Below, in pieces: positions 42,645 through 64,000 of a stretch of DNA of 64,000 nt (position 1 is its first letter; the number at the start of each line of letters is the position of its first letter). Location of the stretch: assembly GCF_009914755.1 (NCBI RefSeq), contig NC_060926.1, one strand, 5' to 3'. Under the pieces are notes generated by a model that saw only the letters and a program-made list of their open reading frames with translations, was not told where the DNA came from and ran no database searches. The stretch is from the human T2T-CHM13v2.0 reference genome, Homo sapiens. A program made the translations under genes and the position numbers.

Positions 42645-42825
42645 CAGTGCTTCCTGCATGTTGGCAAGCATCAGAATCAGCTGCAGGGCTTTTCAAAACA
42701 GATTGCTGGACCCTCCTCCCAACAGATTCTGATTCAGTAGTTCTAGTTGGGACCCAGGAATTTGCATTTCCAACAGACTCCCAGATAATGATGTTACCGT
42801 TCCCAGACCACACTTGCAGAAGCAG
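42645..42825 (+). mobile_element. MER5A
   Basis: gcatcagaatca…aaaacagattgctggaccc…ctgattcagtag…gaatttgcatttccaaca. Confidence 0.75.
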
Positions 42826-43768
42826 TTCAGAAACTTCAGGGGAACAGAAAGTTCCTCCCTCACGGCTTCAAAGTTCCATGATCCTGAAAGCAAAATTTAG
42901 CACACATCACCTTTCTCCTAGTGGCTAAGACTCTCCTGTTCAAACCCTGGATGTCTTCAGAAAGCAAATAGAAGGGGAATATGAACAGACTGAAGTCAGC
43001 AAGGAAATGACTGACAAGATGAGGGAGGCCTTTGAAAAGGAAGAAGCCAGCTGGGCGCGGTGGCTCACGCCTGTAATCCCAGCACTTTGGGAGGCCTAGG
43101 CGGGCCGATCACTTGAGGCCAGGATTTGTGACCAACCTGGGCAACATGGTGAAACCCTGTCTCTACTAAAAAAAAAAAAAATAGCTGGGTGTGGTGGTGA
43201 GCGCCTATAATCTCAGCTACTCAGGAGGCTGAGGCACTCGCTTGAATCTGGGAGGTGGAGGTTGCAGTGAGCCGAGATTGTACGCATTCCAGCTTGGGCA
43301 GCAGAACGAGACTCTGTCTCAAAAAAAAAAAAAAAGCCACGTAGGAAATTATCCACAGCATCAATTGGACTTGATCTTGGCTCAGGGACCAGGCCCGGTG
43401 CCTTGATATTGGTAGATTTATTTGCCATCAGACTAATGAGCTGGGGACATTGACTGTTTCCTGGCAACTGAGTCCTCTGATTGTGTAAACAATTTGCCTG
43501 CAAACAAAACCTGAGTGCTTGAAAGGGTAAGTGATCCTGATCTGCCATAGAAACCTTCATGCTTAGGGAGTTTCCCTAGCTAATTCCTCAGCTAAGATTC
43601 TCCCCAGGAGTTTCACTCACCTGTTTCCAGTGCCTCCTTTGGGCTGTCAGCATCTGTGATTCCACATTCCCCAGAGGGAGATTCCTCCCCAAAGCTGGTT
43701 GTATTTACTGCCAGTCCTGGGCTGTAGCCAGGGCAGTCTTTGAACACATTATCAAGAATACTTTTTAA

Positions 43769-43774
43769 AATAAA
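43769..43774 (+). terminator. Candidate distal GEMIN6 poly(A) signal
   Basis: AATAAA followed by GU/U-rich tgtgtattttttgtct. Confidence 0.55.
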
Positions 43775-44002
43775 AGTCTGTTTCGACTTCCACTGTGTAT
43801 TTTTTGTCTCCTTGGAAGCAAAGTTTCCACTGTTTGCACTGATTTCTCACCATCCCCTTTTCATCTGATTTCCTAAGTCCACTTTTTTCTTCTAAAGATA
43901 CTGAAGTTGATTTTTCCATGCACTTAGTTTTTTTTAAGTGACATTTAAAACATTCAATCAATTGTTTTAATTTGCTGAGAATTGATGAAAATTTCACAAT
44001 CC

Positions 44003-56112
<12,110 letters not shown>

Positions 56113-56532
56113 CTGAGGTCTAAACAAACATACAAATATTTTTTCTACTCAGCAATTTGGGATCCTTCCTCGCCATACTGATAGATGTCCAGGGAAAATG
56201 TAAATCCCCTGATGTTTTTCCAAAATGCTAGCGCCCCATTAACCTAACAGGTGGTTGAAAATAAGCAATTTCATGGAAAGCATTGTGGTGGCTGTAAATC
56301 CGATGGTAACCTTTTTGACCTCATCCATGCCAACTCTGCCCCAGGAATGCTATTAAAATTCTCCTTCGGTGATTCGTGTCTGGGTGAGTTGATAAGACAG
56401 AGTAAAGATTCCTAAATGTAGAACTATGACGACATCTAGATTGTTCTGCTTTTAAGAATAGGAGTGTTATCGATAAGACCAGCTTGCACTTTAATACCAA
56501 AAGAGAACTCATTCAATTTTTTTAAGTTGACT

Positions 56533-56538
56533 TTTAAT
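56533..56538 (-). terminator. Candidate DHX57 poly(A) signal (ATTAAA)
   Basis: Minus-strand ATTAAA about 550 nt past the stop; a second ATTAAA at about 56490-56495. Confidence 0.55.
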
Positions 56539-57085
56539 GAGTAAAAATAAAAACCCCTCACAAGTCAAGTTTACTCAGTAGCCAATAGCCTAAAATGAAA
56601 TTTTAATTTTGCTTGTTCACATAATTTTGGGTTTTTTTTCCCCTTCTCTGTTCTGACTTCTCTCAGTCGAGCCTTGGCGACAGGAAAAGAAAAAAAAAAA
56701 GGCGTATTTCTCTTCATGCCCCTCTCACCCCAGTAAAAAGTAGGAGAAAAAGAATACACAGATTAAAACAGAATTGTATTATACATTCACTTTTGAGTTA
56801 TCAGGTGAACTTAATTCACTCCAGAACAATCACAGAGACAAAGACAGGCAAGCTGGGTTTTAGGCTCTCACCCTTGACACTCCAAATTGTGCTGGGAGTG
56901 GCCAAGGCTTTGTTAGAAATGGCCCTAAGGGTATATACACTGCCTCAGCTGCCTTGGGCTTCATGCCCTGGGCTCCTCCACCAGGGCCAGCCCCAATAGG
57001 TCTTTAGTTCGAGGTAGAGGTTCTGCTGTTATTTCCCAGGTGAGCTAGAAGCAGGTGAGTAGCAAGCACTCTCTAAGACTGCTTT

Positions 57086-57229
57086 TTATTGTGTGGTGAC
57101 AAGTTTCACAATTGTGCTGATGATCCGGGATCCTCGAGGACACGTACACAGATCAATGCTTGGGTTTTTAATTTTATCCTGGAGAAGCTGATCAAGTTCG
57201 CAACGAAGCTCCTTTACCAGTTCAGCCAC
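57086..57229 (-). CDS. DHX57: DHX57 last coding exon (VAELVKELRCELDQLLQDKIKNPSIDL…LVTTQ*)
   Basis: ttttag| acceptor; in frame with the previous exon; TAA at 57088-57086. Confidence 0.93.
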   Translation of the reverse strand: MAELVKELRCELDQLLQDKIKNPSIDLCTCPRGSRIISTIVKLVTTQ

Positions 57230-57620
57230 CTAAAATGAAAGCTACAATATAAGCAGTGCTTGGAGGAACAGGCAGGATAGGTTATTGGAGGGAAATACCC
57301 AAGTTATGATTACCATTATTTAGATTTCTGGTACTAATTTTAACTCCATTAGGAGCAAAAACCCTAAATACATTTTCATTTTGTAATAGACTAAATGAGG
57401 TCCATTGTAAAAAAGTGCCTCTATCACATCTCATCTAAAGAAAAGATTCGGGCCAGGCGCAGTGGCTCACGCCTGTAATCCCAGCACTTTGGGAGGCCAA
57501 GGCGGGCGGATCATGAGATCAGGAGTTCAAGACCAGGCTGGCCAACATGGTGAAATCCTGTCTCTACTAGAAATACAAAAATTAGCGAGTTGTGGTGGCA
57601 TGCGCCTGTAATCCCAGCTA

Positions 57621-57818
<198 letters not shown>

Positions 57819-58007
57819 TTATTCCACGAGGAGAAGCAGGAAAATGGGGAATTAAAAGTGGTAGAGAGGGCCGGGCCCGGTGGCTCACGCCTGTAATCCC
57901 AGCACTTTGGGAGGCCGAGATGGGCAGATCACCTGAGGTCAGGGGTTCGAGACCAGCCTGACCAACGTGGAGAAACCCCGTCTCTTAGTACTAAAAGTAC
58001 AAAATTA

Positions 58008-58151
<144 letters not shown>

Positions 58152-58276
58152 TCAAAAAAAAGAAAAAAAAAGGAAAAGAAAATTTACTGATCACCGATCA
58201 CTCCACTGCAGACCTTGTTGTCTCAAAAAAAAAAAAAAAAAAAAAGGGTGGTAGATAGGCTGGGCCGGGTGGCTCA

Positions 58277-59400
<1,124 letters not shown>

Positions 59401-59599
59401 TCACAGGGATTGGTTTAGGAGGGGAGCTTTGATTGAGCTTGTAGGCAAGAAAGTTTCTGGCTCTTCTTCTGGACCATATGCTGCATACATGTGATGCCAG
59501 GAGCTATTGCAGCCCTTTCGATACCACTAGGTTAACCACGTTTTTGTCACCACTGAACTGCTAAATCAAACCAACGTTGCCTGGCCTTCTTGACCTGGA

Positions 59600-59915
59600 C
59601 TATCCAGTAAGGTAGCCACTAGTCACAAGTGGCTTATCTAATGTCTATATGAAATGTGGCCAGCCCAAACTGAGATGTGCTGCGAATATAAAATATATAC
59701 CCGATTTTGAAGACTTAATATGAAAAGGTAATGTAAACTATCTTAATAATTTTATATTGATTACATGTTAAAATTAAAACATTTTGGATGTATTAGGTTA
59801 AATAAAATATATTAAGATTAATTTCATCTATTTCTTTTTACTTTTAAAAATGTGGCTACTAGAACAATTAAAATTACATATGTGGGTCACATTATATTTC
59901 TGTTGGACACTGCTG
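59600..59915. mobile_element. MER33-like hAT-Charlie element
   Basis: gtagccactagtcacaagtggct…gagatgtgctg…atgtggctactaga…ttggacactg. Confidence 0.75.
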
Positions 59916-60017
59916 CTCTGGACTTTAAAGTTAAATATGCCAATCAATTTCTTTTAATGTTTGAGTTGGCATATCTGCTTCTTGTAACATAAGAATTCTA
60001 ACAGATGCAGATATTAA

Positions 60018-60176
<159 letters not shown>

Positions 60177-60179
60177 TGA

Positions 60180-60323
<144 letters not shown>

Positions 60324-60366
60324 TGAGTAGCTGGGATTACAGGCGCCCGCCACCACGCCCAGCTAA

Positions 60367-60717
<351 letters not shown>

Positions 60718-61066
60718 TGATATGTTTTTCACAGAGACTCCATATAGGGAATAATTGAGACCTGAGAATAAATGAAGAATTCAGACCCATTATCTTTTTC
60801 TCAAAATGGTAGTGGTGGAATCAGGGTGGTTTTTATTTACTTATTTTTGCTTATCTGTATTTTCTGACTTTTCTTTGGTGAACATCTATTATTTATATAA
60901 CAATAAGGAAGGTCCAGCACCCTCACTTTACAGCTTCTGTCCTAGCCTTTTATACTAACCTCAGCCCGTACCAGACTTCCCCTCACAGTGTGCTTTCTGG
61001 AACTCTTACTAGGGCTCCACTCCTGGCTTCACTTCAGCCTCACTCTTTCTTAGTGTCTCATTGTAG

Positions 61067-61201
<135 letters not shown>

Positions 61202-61504
61202 TGAGTAGCTGGGATTACAGGCACCCACCAACATGCCCAGCTAATTTTTGTATTATTAGTAGAGACGGGGTTTGACCATGTTGGCCAGGCTGGTCTCGAA
61301 CTCCTGGCCCCAGATGATCTGCCTGCCTCGGCCTCCCAAAGTGCTGGGATTATAGGTGTGAGCCACTGGGCTCGGCCACCGTCATTCATTTTTAATTAGC
61401 TCTGTTACCTTGGTCCCTAGAGGAATGCCCTTGACTTCATAACTTCATATTGTCAAAGCCCCTCATGGCCTGAGCCTCATAAAACAGACCAATTCTGCCT
61501 TTAC

Positions 61505-61705
61505 CTGATGGGAAGCAGCTACAAAACGGATCCAACCATCATCCAGGGAGACAACGAACTCTCCTCTTTGAAGCTGCACATTCACTTGGCCTCCTCCAAA
61601 CAAGACCAGCGGGTACACAGACACCATGCTGCAGTCTCGGATGAATACTCGACTAGTTTTTATCTTCTCGTGGTACAACAGGTAGGGGCTGTCAAAGTGT
61701 CTCAC
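61505..61705 (-). CDS. DHX57: DHX57 penultimate exon (VRHFDSPYLLYHEKIKTSRVFIRDCSMV…AASHQ)
   Basis: DEAH-helicase C-terminal OB-fold-like sequence; acag| and |gtaaag; 201 nt, phase 0. Confidence 0.93.
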
Positions 61706-61784
61706 CTGTAACAAAAAACCTCAGATGATGACAGTGATGTCACTGGCAACAAAAAGGGAACAACCCCCCAGTCCCACGGATTTA

Positions 61785-63880
<2,096 letters not shown>

Positions 63881-64000
63881 TGGATTCTCAAAAGAGGAGT
63901 AGTTCTTTCTTGAGAAACATGCAAAACAACAACAACAAAAAGTATATATAAAAAAGGAGGGGGTGTGGAGCTAACTCAGGCGTCTGGTTCCTAACAGGCT

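Overview
Alu-dense primate (human-like, 2p22.1-type synteny) genomic DNA with no prokaryotic features. Minus strand: the complete SR splicing factor gene SRSF7 (8 coding exons, 238 aa), with a CpG-island/TATA promoter and a poison-exon region in intron 3. Plus strand: GEMIN6 (167 aa). Minus strand at the right end: the last two exons of DHX57. Between SRSF7 and GEMIN6 lie a full-length SVA, the near-intact TTC39D pseudogene, an RPL41 processed pseudogene, an NPL processed pseudogene and two solo ERV LTRs. Most ORF-track entries are Alu or SVA artefacts. Most notable: (1) the NPL retrocopy appears to preserve a MER21A-LTR-initiated, exon-skipped transcript; (2) one perfect 14-bp TSD brackets the SVA and the adjacent Alu together, suggesting a 3' transduction; (3) the SRSF7 poison exon has several acceptors, PTCs and re-initiation ORFs, including an in-frame RS-domain split-ORF and an overlapping acidic alternative-frame ORF; (4) TTC39DP carries only two visible lesions. 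Repeat subfamily names and parent-gene exon boundaries are from recall and were not checked by alignment.
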